NCBI GenBank assembly: GCA_003990765.1
Contig: RBNJ01000021.1
Coordinates: 1 to 52,140 of the forward strand
Reading direction: 5' to 3'
Source of the DNA: Jimgerdemannia flammicorona
Taxonomy: Eukaryota
DNA: 52,140 nt
Made by a program: the position numbers and the translations under genes. Below are positions 25,130 through 36,404 of the stretch, piece by piece. The stretch's first letter is position 1, and the number at the start of each line of letters is the position of its first letter. A model generated the notes under the pieces. That model was given only the letters and a program-made list of their open reading frames with translations, made no database searches and was not told the origin of the DNA.

Positions 25130-25655
25130 GACAATTCTTTAGTTATCATTACAATGTACATAAGTATCTTTAGCATCAATACCTGAACTAGTATCTTTAT
25201 TTGGATCAGAGTCACTCTATTCAACAGGTTCTTCTTCTTCCTCTAGAAATAGGATCTTGACATAATTGATGATACTCTAGTAGGTAGTAGGATTTATGTT
25301 TTATATATCATTTAGGAAGAATTGGGCCTGTATCAGTGCTGAGATATTTCATTTGTAGATTGTATACAATCTGTCTGCAGTAGTGGTGTTTTTTCAGATG
25401 AGGTCAGTGGAGTTTCTGATATAAGTTAGGTCTGCTACTAGAAGGTTCTGTAACTGTTCTCCAATTGTATAGTAGGCCTGTAGCTGGTGGACTTGCAGTA
25501 AATGTCTAGCCAAGGTGAGGTTCTCCTAATGGGTTTGGATTTGCTGAAGGGAGTTTCTATTGGCTGGTCAGAATTATGGAAGATGAACTGGAAGTTATTA
25601 GATTGAACTTAGGACAAGAGTCTGAAGGTACTTATCAATTGTCTGGTTCATACAT
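25130..25655 (-). pseudogene. Additional ORF of unknown function between integrase and the 3' LTR of element C
   Basis: Reads MNQTIDKYLQTLVL...ENLTLARHLLQVHQLQAYYTIGEQLQNLLVADLTYIRNSTDLI*KNTTTADRLYTIYK...INYVKILFLEEEEEPVE. Most stops are explicable as C>T changes. Confidence 0.55.
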
Positions 25656-28600
25656 AGTAGGAGAGGTATATCTTGAGGTAGTTGATGTGTACTGGTATTC
25701 TGAGGGTTCATCCATCTATGCTTCTTAAATAGATGCTGGTTCTTCTGATGTTGTGTACAAGATAACATCCTTCCCACTTGGACTCCAGTTTGGTAGCAAA
25801 ATTTATTTCAATCATGCTTCTCCAAACTAGTACTTGATCTCCAATCTTGATCTTCTGATCCTTCTGCTTCTAGTTATAATACTTCTTTTATCTTTCTTAA
25901 GCTTTGATAATCTGAACTTGGGCCTAATTACATAACTATTCTGTCTTTTTGAGGAGGTCTCTGATATTCTCATGGTCAGCAGTTCTGATTTTCTTAGCAA
26001 ATATCATTTTTTCAAATGGCTTTTGTTTAGTGGAGGCAGCAGGGGTGTTCCAAATTTTCCATAGGTTCTCAGACAAGCAGAGATCCAGTTGGTAGGATTA
26101 ACTCAGGCAAGTCCTTTCTTAATGATCTGGTTCATTCTTTCTATCATACTATTAATCTGAGAGTGGTATAATATGGTCTATTTGAGGTGGATCTATGAAT
26201 TTGGGCATAACTTATAATTATATTAATGATGAATTCTGTGCCTTGGTCAGAGATGAGTTCTTCTGGAAGTTCATATCTGAGTGTGAGTCTATGAAGGAGG
26301 CCTACAATAGTTAAGACATCTGTGATTTCCATTGGGAAAGCCTTGGGCCACTTGGTCAGATATTCTATAAATATAAGAATATACTTGTTTCTTCTTACTA
26401 TAACTAGTAGGAGTCCAATTATATCTACTCCCCATCTCTGGAAGATGTTGTCTGGTGGTACAATTGGTTGTAGTGGTGCTTGGTAGTTCTTCCTTTCTTA
26501 GTACTTCTGGTGGATGTCACATTTCATAAGTATATCTCAGACTTATATTCTGAGATTGAGCCAATGTTGGTGTATTGTTCACAGCTTTTCTTCTATATTC
26601 ACCTATCCTTGGTGGGCTTTCTGATGTTCTTTTTAGATGAGGTCTTCTTGTATCTTAATAGTCAGAGACTTCCTTTAGGATATAGTTCCTTAGAACACCC
26701 TTCTTCTGATTCATTAGGGTTGGTGGAAAAGTACATTAACATTGTTGTGAGCTTTCTCTGCTATGTGAATGATAGTGATTTTATAATCCTAAATAATAAG
26801 AGCCCAGTAGGCTAGGATTTCAGTAGATTTCTTATAGTTAAATAGCCATTTGGGAGCTACATGGTCAGTTATTAGAGTGAACCTTTTTCTGATAAGGTAA
26901 TGCTTGAACAGAGTGACCACCCATATGACTGTAAGGCATTCCAATTTGGTGCTACCATAGTTCATCTACTGCTGATTGGTAGCTCAGATTATATAAGCTA
27001 TCACATAGTGCTGTTGATCAGATCCTTCTTGAGCTAGAACTGCTCCCAGGCCATCTTTAGAGGAATCTGTATACAAGATAAATGGCTTCTGTAAATTGGG
27101 GCAGACAAGGATTGGTGCTGTGGTCATGCAGTGCTTGAGTTCCTTGAAGGCTAGTTCTTGTGATTCTGTTCATTTATAAGGTACTCCTTTATTGAGAAGG
27201 ATTCGAATTGGGGCAGCAATTTGGACAAAGTCCTTGATAAATCTTCTATAGTAGGATACTATTATTAGGAAGGATAGTATTTTCTTTGGGGTCTTGGTAC
27301 TAGCCAATTGTTGATCTTCTCAGTTTTCTTTGAATCTGTATGGGTTTTTTCTTTTGAAACTAAAAATCTAAGAAATTTAAGTTTCTGTTCCTCAAAGTAG
27401 TATTTATTGACATTGAGTCTCAAGTGGTTCTTGTGGGTGAGCTTGAAGAATTCTTCTAGGTAGTACAGGTGTTCTTCGAAATTTGCAGAATAGATATTTG
27501 AATCATCCATATATACAATCAGGCAGTAGTGAATCAGAGGGGCATAGACTGAATTCATCATTCTCTAGAAGGTGAGAGGTACATTACAAAGTCCAAAGAG
27601 TATTCAGAGATATTCAAACAATTTTCTAGAGCAATAAAGGCTGTCTTCTGAATTTCTTTTGGGTCTATGGGGATCTCATGGAATTCTGCAAAAAGATCCA
27701 TACTGCTGAAGTATCTAGTATCTTATAACTAGTCCAAAAGGTCATTGATTCTGGGCAAAGAATAGGCATCCTTTCTTTAGTATAATAAGTATAGGACTGG
27801 CCCAAGGGCTTGTAGAGGGTCAGATGACTCCATTGTCCAAGAGTTCTTGAATGTGCTTCTTTTTGAATATCTTTAGGTGATGAGGTATTCTATAGAGTTT
27901 CTGCCAGATAGTTGTTGCATTTCCTGTATTTATACTGTGGTAGTTTGATGGGTTGTATGGCAGGTTGCCATAATCAGTAGTGAAGATATCTTGATATTTG
28001 TTGAGGAGTTTGACTAGTTGTTGCTGTTACTGAGATGTCAATTCTTCTCCAATGTTAGTAGAAGGCTTCACTGTCTCCTGAGTCACAGAGGGGCCTTTCC
28101 TTTCTTCTGGGACCTTTTGCTATTTCTCAATAGGTTCAGTTTATAAACTTCTCTATAAGTTTAGTTGAGAAAAGGCACCAGATATCCTATGATAGTTCCT
28201 TTTGGCAAGATGATGGTTTCCCAACTTTGGTTAGTTGCTCAGGAGTGTACTGAATTCTTCTTGTCAGAGAATGTATATCCTTTAATATCCAGATTCAGGA
28301 TATCTTCATTGAGTTCAAAGAAGTGATTTCTGGGGTCAAGTGGTACAAAGATTTCAAAGGTGGTTTGCTCTCCAGACTCTGGAATAAGATTCTTGTACAT
28401 TTTGACTGGTTGGTAGTACACTTGCTGAGGAACATTTCTCTTGAGGTAATTGATCTGAAGGAGATGTACTTCCTTCTTATCTGAGCTTCCAAATCCTTTG
28501 GCTTGCCTTGTTCCTTCAGTTAGTTCAGAGACTTCTTATAATTGGGGAGTCTTGATCTTCATAAAGACTGCTTGGGCAATCTTCTGTCCTCTTATAATTC

Positions 28601-31600
28601 AGTGCCATTCTGTACTACTATTGTACAGGATGACTTTGATTGTGCCTATATATTCTGGGTCAATAGTTTCTTCTTCTACTATTATTCCTTGTCTGGAAAG
28701 TCCAGAACTTGAGGTCAGTTGGATGTAAGTTTCTTGGGTTGACTGTATGGCTAGTCTAGTTCTGATCATCAGTGTTCTTTCAGGCTTAATGGATTCATCC
28801 TCTAGGATGTGAAGGTTATACCCTATATCATCTTGGTGAGCTTTGGTTAGGGGTTGAGCCTTGGGATGTAACAGAGTATACTGGGCAATATCTTTGCTGA
28901 GTTCAGACTGTACTTATGCTGAAGCTCCACTGGCAGAGAGCCTCCAGGCTCTAAGGTTGAGGTGTGGCCATCTGGCTCCAGTAGAGGGGTCTCAGAGATA
29001 ATTGATTCCTCTTTTTCCTATAGGGTCTAGGGCTTCTATGAAGTTGGTGGCATCTTCTATCCATTCTTGATAAGTTGCATGTCTGATAAGAGCTAAGATG
29101 TCTTCTTCTAAATCATAGATCTTGAGTGTCCTTCTTCTTGACTTCCTGGCCTGGCTTTTTCAGATCTGAGCTCTGTTATCTCCTCTTTTCAAGGTATGAA
29201 TTACAATATCATACCTGAGGTGAATCTTCTGATGTCTGCAGTCTCAGCAGTCTGGATGTCTTCCATGATTACAATATCCCATTGCTCAAAAATGCTATTT
29301 CCAGTTGTTGATTTCTTACTACTTTGGAAATTAGTATCTATCTTGGTCATAGATTGGCAGAAAAGTAGACAGGGGGGGGTATACTTCTGTTTAGGTGAAG
29401 AGAACTTGTCCTCTAAATTGGCTTTGCAACTTGATAATAACTTCTTGAAAGGTGGTTAACTGTGCAACTATGGTAGGAGGTTCTAATCTTCACAGTCTCT
29501 GTCTTTCTTATTGGTCCAACAGGTGACACTAATAGCAGTAGTCTTAGAGAGAGTGGAAGACCATTTGGTATAGACATCTTCCTAGCCAGAAAGCTCTTTC
29601 TTTGTATATTTCTTACTTTAGAATAATGGGGATTATACTGAGTCCTTCTTCAATATTCCAGGGGTCATTATTTTCAGGTAGTGTCCAGCAAGAGTCATCC
29701 TAGGGAATGAGTTCAGAGACCTCCTGTTCAGGGGTTTCTTCTTCCTCAGATGATTCTTGACCCCAGATTGCTTGTACTTCTGCAGCTTCAGCTACAGGTG
29801 TTTTTGGAATATGTCTGCATTTCTTCTTCTTTCTTCTGCACTCAGGGCAGGCTGTGCCAGGCGAATTCCTTGTCCCAATGATCTTGGAGGAGTGCTCAGA
29901 GCACTTGTGTCTTTTGAGGCAGATAGGGCATTCTTTGATTTCTCCTACAATAGCTCCAATAGTAATGGAGATAGTGTTCTTGGCCTTTACATTGTATTCT
30001 GGCTAGTCATCTATCAGATTGATTTGGGAATTGAGTCTGGGGTTATTTCTATCTTCAGATTCTTCTGCCTCTTCTGTAGTAGACTCTTCACTACTGACAT
30101 ATTCCTCTTAGATGGTGACCTTCTTCTTCTTCTTCAATTACTTATAGCTGGTCACTTTAACTCTGTACTTCTTACCTCAGTAGTCAAACTTGAGTATTTG
30201 TTAACCAATATCAACAACTGCATTCATTTCCTTCATCCATTGGTGCCAAGGATCATATTATAGGTGACAGCTTCAGTGACAATAGCTTTCAGGATAGAGA
30301 ACTGAATGTATCCAAGGGAGATGGTGATGTTTTGTACTTCTCCAAGGGGTTGAGTTCGGGCTCCATCTGTTACTATGATGCTGAGATTGGATGGTCCATC
30401 AATGGGCCATTAGAGGGTATCCAGGAATTATTTGGCAATAATACAGACAGCTACTCCTATATCAATGAGGATTTTCGCCTTTTGTTCTCCAATATCTCCA
30501 TATAGGTAGGTGCTGATATATCTCTCTGTAGCCTAGATAGGGGTGGGGGCTGGCTCTTGCTGTAGGACTAGAACTTAGCCAATGCTAGACCTAGTGGTCC
30601 TCAGCAATTTGTTTTGGACCCTAGCTAGTGTCAGTTGCAGGAACTGCAGGAGAGAGACTTCTATCTTGATTTCTTAAATCTCCTACCAGGCTTTATTGTA
30701 GATGTCTCTGGGCATAGTCTTGGTGTACTTCTTATTGGGCTTTGGGGCAGCTCATTTGTCTCAGAGGCAAAAGGTGAGAGAGACTGAGAAGGTGTTTCTA
30801 CTTACTTTTCTTCATCTTTCTCTTGGATTCTTCTGCTGATATTCCTGGATAGCCTTCCTATAGATCCCTTCCTTTTCTCTACTAGGTAGACTGTCTTTCA
30901 GGTGGTGACTTTGGCTAGATACAAGTCCAGGTCACTGTAGTCTTCACTGTTGCTTTTTTCTTCAAAGTCTTCAACAGGATGGGCTTCAGTCTTTTTATAT
31001 TGAGTTTTATTTCTTCAATTTGGTAGTTCAGAATCCCTTTGATCACTTCTATTATTATCATATTTAGTGGTATAGTGTCTGAATTGTCTATAGTAGAAGC
31101 ATTAGACTTGGGCTCTATCTTGGACAGAATATCTTCTTTCTTCTTACTAGTAGTTCTTATTATCTCTTGGTGAATAACCTTGGTTCCTCTGTAGTGAATA
31201 TCCTCTGTTATCTTGATAACTCTGATTTTTACATATGGTGAGGTTTTCAATCTGTTCAATCAATCTGTTCAGCTTGGAACTAAGGTCTTGAATTTTACTT
31301 CTGTCCTTTTTTCCTTCTTTGGCTGGTCTTCTTTCTTCAGATCTTTCCTATTCTTAGAGGAGTCCTTGCAGGGCTTTGACCAGGATGTCTTCTTTGTCAT
31401 CTTTTTTGTCATAATCACTCCAGGTAGGTCTTTGTCTGACATCAAAGAATTCTTGGGCTATATCTACTTATTCTTCAGACCTTTTGATGCCTAGGATACA
31501 GATATACTGAGCAATATTCAGGGGAATTCCATTTATGAAGATCATTGGACCTATGATGTTGCATTGTATCTAGCTATATACATTCTCTTCTGGATTATTA

Positions 31601-32330
31601 TAAAGAAGGCTCTGGGTGATTCTCCAATGTTCATCTTCATTTCTATAATAGATTCTTGAGCCTTATAGTAGGTTTCATTTTCTACATATTTTTCAATGAG
31701 CCAGTAGACTATGGCTATATATTCCAGCTCATAAGATGCTACTGCTTATATTTGTGCTATCAGTTCTGAGTATGGGTCATTTGCTATTTGGTGGAAAATT
31801 CCTCTGACTGGTTCTCTGAGCTGGGTCTTGTAGATGACAATTTTCCTTTCATCTGAGAGATTCCTCAGGGTTGCAATTCCTTTAATTCCATCAAGGAATT
31901 CTCTAGGATCTTCCTCTGGATATCCTGCAAAGGTTGGCAATGAGGTGGTTATTTTATCATCACTTTCTTCTGATTCTGGTTCTGGTCTGGATTCTGATTT
32001 AGATTCACTTTCTGAAGTGTTACTGGAGATAGGGGTGCTTGGGTATCTTGAGGATAGTGTTATGGATCTCAGATGAAGTAAAATAAGCCTAGGTATTCTT
32101 AAAGGAGCTACTTCTATTTCTGTAAGGACTGGTGATAAAGGTTCAATGATTGAGATTGGTGGAATCTCTCCGAGATATCTGGCTGCTGGATATTGGGTCT
32201 GTATAATGAGATCTTCTAGTTCTTGTACAAGTTCTTTAAAGTTTCCAACAGGACTATCTGTGTTGTCTGATTGATCTGGTTGAGGATTTTAGGCTGTACT
32301 GATTTCTGATTAGGATTTTTCTGATACTAA
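25655..32330 (-). pseudogene. C gag-pol: gag (~32330-30900), protease (~30500-30230), Cys/His-rich insert, dUTPase (~28890-28485), RT (~27900-27240), RNase H (~27110-26810), integrase (~26700-25655)
   Basis: PTFAGYPEEDPREFL gag; KILIDIGVA protease; dUTPase DIGYNL, IDPEYIGTI, QKIAQ, RQAKGFGS; RT IVYMDDSNIYS; RNase H YTDSSKDGLGAVL; integrase LISDQGTEF. Confidence 0.88.
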
Positions 32331-32483
32331 GAAGATGGCAAGTCTTGAGGTAATTACTTCTCTTCCTGTCCAAATATTGGTGATGACTAGTTCTCCTATA
32401 GTGGTAGAGATTAGTATTATATCAAATGTATCCAGTTTGACTGTGGGTTCTTATGAGCTGAAAAGTCATATTGATTTTGGAAT

Positions 32484-32502
32484 CTTCCTAGCTGAGCCCT
32501 CA
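32484..32502 (-). promoter_or_regulatory. Primer binding site of element C, tRNA-Pro-like
   Basis: The minus strand just after the 5' LTR reads tttgagggctcagctaggaa, resembling TGGGGGCTCGTCCGGGA. Confidence 0.45.
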
Positions 32503-32504
32503 AA

Positions 32505-33703
32505 TATAATATGCCTGACTCAATGTAGGCAAATTACAAGGTTGAGAGTTGATGTAGTTTGGCTTGAGCCTCCAGTTACTTTGTCAAAAGTAACAAAATG
32601 TTCTTTCCTAAGGTCCTTGGCCTTTAGTGATATAATAGTCAATTCTGGATATAATGGTAGTTCCTTTGTTCACATACCAGTTGATTTGTACTGATTTCAT
32701 TATTGGAATTGTTCTCTGGATGTAGTAGTGATTTATATATATATATAGCAGACTGGCAATTTAGTAGTTTTTCTTCTTAAGTGATAGCAATCTCTAAAAG
32801 TATGCAATTTCTACATAATGATCTTTTTTTTAGTATGATGATCTCTGTGTAGTGCAACAGGTTCCTTATGTGATTTGGCAGATAACTTGATTTGGTATGG
32901 ATTCTTCTGAACCAGACTTACTGGGAATAGAGGATGGTATGGATTCTCTTCGAATTGGCAGCTCACTAAGAATAGATAAATAAATCAGATAGCATAGATA
33001 ACTTGAATAACTTGGATATTGCAGATTCTTCTGAATCAGTAGACTTTTTGGATAATAACTCAGATTCTTCAGGCTTAGTCTGGCAAGTATTCCAAAATAC
33101 AGTAGCTTATTTCTTAAGTAGTGAGTTTCTCTTCAAAAGGTAGTGAAGTTCTTCACTCAAACTTAGTCAGCAAATCTTCAGGCTTATCTGGCAAGCAAAC
33201 CAAGGCTTTGTTTCAGAAAGTGAACCAGAGTTGGAAAAGAAAACCAATATATACAATCTTCTAGTAGTGGCTTTAGAGTGGACATTTCTCCTAAGTGTTG
33301 CAATCCAATTCCTTTAGGATCAAGTGGCTTTTAGCAGGCATATCTCTTGAAGTATAGTAGGCAGACTTGTTTTTGCTTTAAATTTTGAACTTTTTGAACT
33401 GAGGTTTATTCATTCTTGTCTCTGAAATATTTTATACAATTGTGGTTACTATATGGTTACTATATTACTAACTCTAGACTACTACCTATGATAAGTATTC
33501 CTAGATAGTACAGTGTATCCACTAGGTATGGTATATCCACTTGGTATGGTATACCCACTGAATATGGTGTACTTGCTCAGTATAGGTAAACATACTGTTT
33601 CTGGTATGTATCTTTAGCTAATTATATATTGATTGCTTAGTATACTAGATATGGTATATGGCTAATTTATGAATTCAGTAGTACAATTTTATTACTTGTC
33701 ACA
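32505..33703 (-). repeat. C 5' LTR (~1.2 kb)
   Basis: Direct repeat of 23765-25098. Contains short GGTATGGTATAYCCACT tandem units at ~33500-33580. Confidence 0.9.
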
Positions 33704-34670
33704 CTATCAATACTACTACATCTGAGATGGCAAGAATCTTCTTCAAGTTTATCTTCCATTACTATGGTCTACTATTAGTAATTATTAGTAACTATAATCC
33801 CAAGTTTACTAATTACTTCTGGAAAATTCTCTTTAAGACTCTGGGAACTCAATTGGCTATATTTACTACCTTTTATCTACAAACTAATGAACAAACTAAA
33901 TACATGAACAGAACTCTAGAACAAATTCTCAGAAACTATATTTCTTATCAGTAAGATGATCAAGATCACTACTTGACTTAGAAAAAATTTGTATATAATA
34001 ATTTCAATTATTTACTGGCCTTTTCCCCTTTTAGCTACTCTATGGTTAAGATCTTAAAACTCCTATAAATCTAGTCTCTTTCAAGAAAGTAGTCAAATAC
34101 AAGTTTCTACTACTAAGAACCTCATAGATAAGATAGATGAACTACTCAAGATTGCTACTGTGAACCTTCAGAAAGCCCAATAATATCAAGCCAAGTATAC
34201 TGAAAAGAAATACTATGATATCACCTTCACTATTAGTAACTAAGTCCTACTGTCTACTGAAAACCTCAAGATATAATTTCAAGTCAACTATCTATTGAAC
34301 ATATTCTAATCCAAGTATATATATTAGACCCTTTGAGATTATCAAACTAGTCTCTGTATCCTTCTATTATCTCAAGTTATTTGAATTATGAGAGTATATC
34401 CAGTCTTTTATATATCATATCTTAAGATCTGAAACTAGTCACCACTCTACTCTGGTCAAATTCCCAAACCATCTACTCCTATGATTATTAAAGACCATAT
34501 TGAGTATAAAGTCAAGAAAATCTTTGACAAATGAATCTGCTACCATTATCCTGAATATCTAGTCAAGTAGATGAGCTACCCTGAATATGATGCTATCTGG
34601 GAACTACTGGTTAACCTCAAGAACTCTCAAGATCTAGTCTAAGACTTTGAGACAAAATATATTATCTAAT
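33704..34670 (+). pseudogene. B1 integrase C-terminal part and chromodomain (~34495-34660)
   Basis: ORF 33727-33954 (IISNYNPKFTNYFW...QTNEQTKYMNRTLEQILR). Chromodomain EYKVKKIFDK...EYLVK*MSYPEYDAIWELLVNLKNSQDLV. Confidence 0.85.
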
Positions 34671-34946
34671 CCCTATAGTAACTTTCTTGGATTATCAATA
34701 ATCTACAGCAATAACCAGTATCTTATATATCAGAAGTTTACTTTGAGACCCTGGAACTAGCAGAACCTTTAGTGAATAAAAAGTCTATTAAAATAAAGCT
34801 ACTAGATGGATTTGAATTCCTTCTAGTTAATTAGTCTAGTAATAGGCCAATATATTGATACAAGTTTGAGAAATATTGGTTAAGTATATTTAGTCTTCTA
34901 TAATCTAAAAACTCAATAAAAATATTAATTCTTAAGAAGAGAGAGA

Positions 34947-35883
34947 TATAATAATTTCACAGTTATATTTTATTCATAGTACTTTTTTATATCTTTTTTC
35001 TAGTCTTTTCTTATCTTTTCTTAGTACCAAGTATCTTATCTTAGCTAGTCATATATAGAACCTTTTGGAATATTATAGAATTCTATTAGTCATCTTTATT
35101 AAGAATCTATTTTTTGACCTTTCTCTTCTTTTCTAAAATCCTTCTAGATCTTTCTTTTAGATTCTGTATAAATATCCTTATTCTCTGTATAAATAAAGCT
35201 CAGAATATTTTCTCTCAGAATTTCTTTGAGAATATAGTGCCCTACACCTATAGTCATTTTTTCTTTTAAAAACTTTATTCCTGGATAATTGATATAATAA
35301 TAAAAAAAGAAAAATCATAATCTAATAATAAACTTTCTTGAATTTACTTCTATAGAGAGTTTTTTATAATTATTCTCTTACATATATAATAAAATGGTCA
35401 AGTATAATGTCTCATACCTATTTTTTAAAAAATTTATTCCTAGATAATTAATATAATAATAATAAAAGAAAAATAATAATCTAATAATAAATTTTCTTAA
35501 ATTTATTTCTATAGAGAGATTTTTCTATTATTATCTCTTATATTTATAATAATTAATTTTTTTATAAAAATATTACTCAAATTTACTAAATTTGTAGCTT
35601 AAATTGTATTGTATAACTATAATTTCCATACCTATACTCAACTATTCCAATATATGAGAGAGAATAATAAAAAAAAACTCTCTATAGAAGTAAATTTAAG
35701 AAAGTTTGCTATTAGAATATGATTTTTATTTTATTATTATTATATTAATTATCCAGAAATAAGAAAAATGACTATAGGCATTGTGCACTATATTTAAAGC
35801 TAAAAGTATCTCTTTGAGCTATTTTAGACTTACCAGAATTACCAGAATATAGCTGCTTTCTCTTAGAAACTAGAATCATTATA
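34947..35883 (+). repeat. B1 3' LTR, interrupted by a MITE
   Basis: Similarity to the 5' LTR stops at 35234 and resumes at 35791. Confidence 0.85.
35235..35790. mobile_element. 556-bp MITE with long TIRs and TA target duplication (Tc1/mariner-like)
   Basis: TA|tagtgccctacacctatagtcatttttct ... agaaaaatgactataggcattgtgcacta|TA. The arms stay complementary for ~150 bp. It is absent from the other two B LTRs. Confidence 0.8.
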
Positions 35884-36404
35884 AGAAGTATAATAGATTT
35901 TTTATCTTAAATACTTAATCTTTGACTTCTCAGAGTTCTCAGATATTGAGATGAGTGAGTTTAAAGTATATCTATCTGTAGGCTTACTAGTTCTCTTGTC
36001 TCTTTTACTTTGAAATATTTTGATCTGAGATTTATTTACTCTAGATACTATGATATTTATAGCTATATAATAGCTAAGTTAGAACTTCTTTTCCTATAAG
36101 TTATTTTGTCCAGATATGAGATCTGTATATCTGTACAATTATGAGTTTTATATAGTTGTACTTTTTATATAATTATATAAATATACAACTGTGAGATCAA
36201 GTAACTACTAAACTATATAATACTATACTATATCAGAAATCAGATTTAGATATTACAATTAAATATCTATCTCTAATTATACTTTCTAATTTGGATCAAC
36301 TATTATAACTTTCTCCTAAATAAGTAATTTTATTTCTAAATTATCTTATTCAAACTTCTAAGCTTTCACTTATTATATGTTCCTATATTATATAATCTAT
36401 CTAA

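Larger units (their letters stand above)
23765..33703 (-). mobile_element. Ty3/gypsy family C, full length, nested in the B1 integrase
   Basis: LTRs 23765-25098 and 32505-33703. CTAT is duplicated at 23761-23764 and 33704-33707, and the empty site in B2 (~47072) has a single CTAT. Confidence 0.93.
19553..35883 (+). mobile_element. Chromovirus (Ty3/gypsy family B), copy B1: full length, interrupted by element C and by a MITE
   Basis: LTRs ~19553-19931 and 34947-35883 (the latter split by a MITE). Internal gag-dUTPase-PR-RT-RH-IN-chromodomain, colinear with B2. PPT aagaagagagaga precedes 34947. Confidence 0.9.

Noticed and set aside
29757-30263. 168-aa hydrophobic plus-strand ORF, and similar ones at 26480, 31213 and 32335, as env-like membrane proteins
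   Set aside because: They are antisense to purine-rich pol/gag sequence, which yields Leu/Phe/Ser-rich translations artefactually.
19339-35601. Possible TIR pair (aaatttagtaaa) enclosing B1
   Set aside because: The right-hand match lies inside the 35235-35790 MITE and is a short AT-rich coincidence.
35884-36400. Possible coding remnant flanking A2 (also 2611-3130 and 45117-45350)
   Set aside because: Too degraded for any motif to be identified with confidence.
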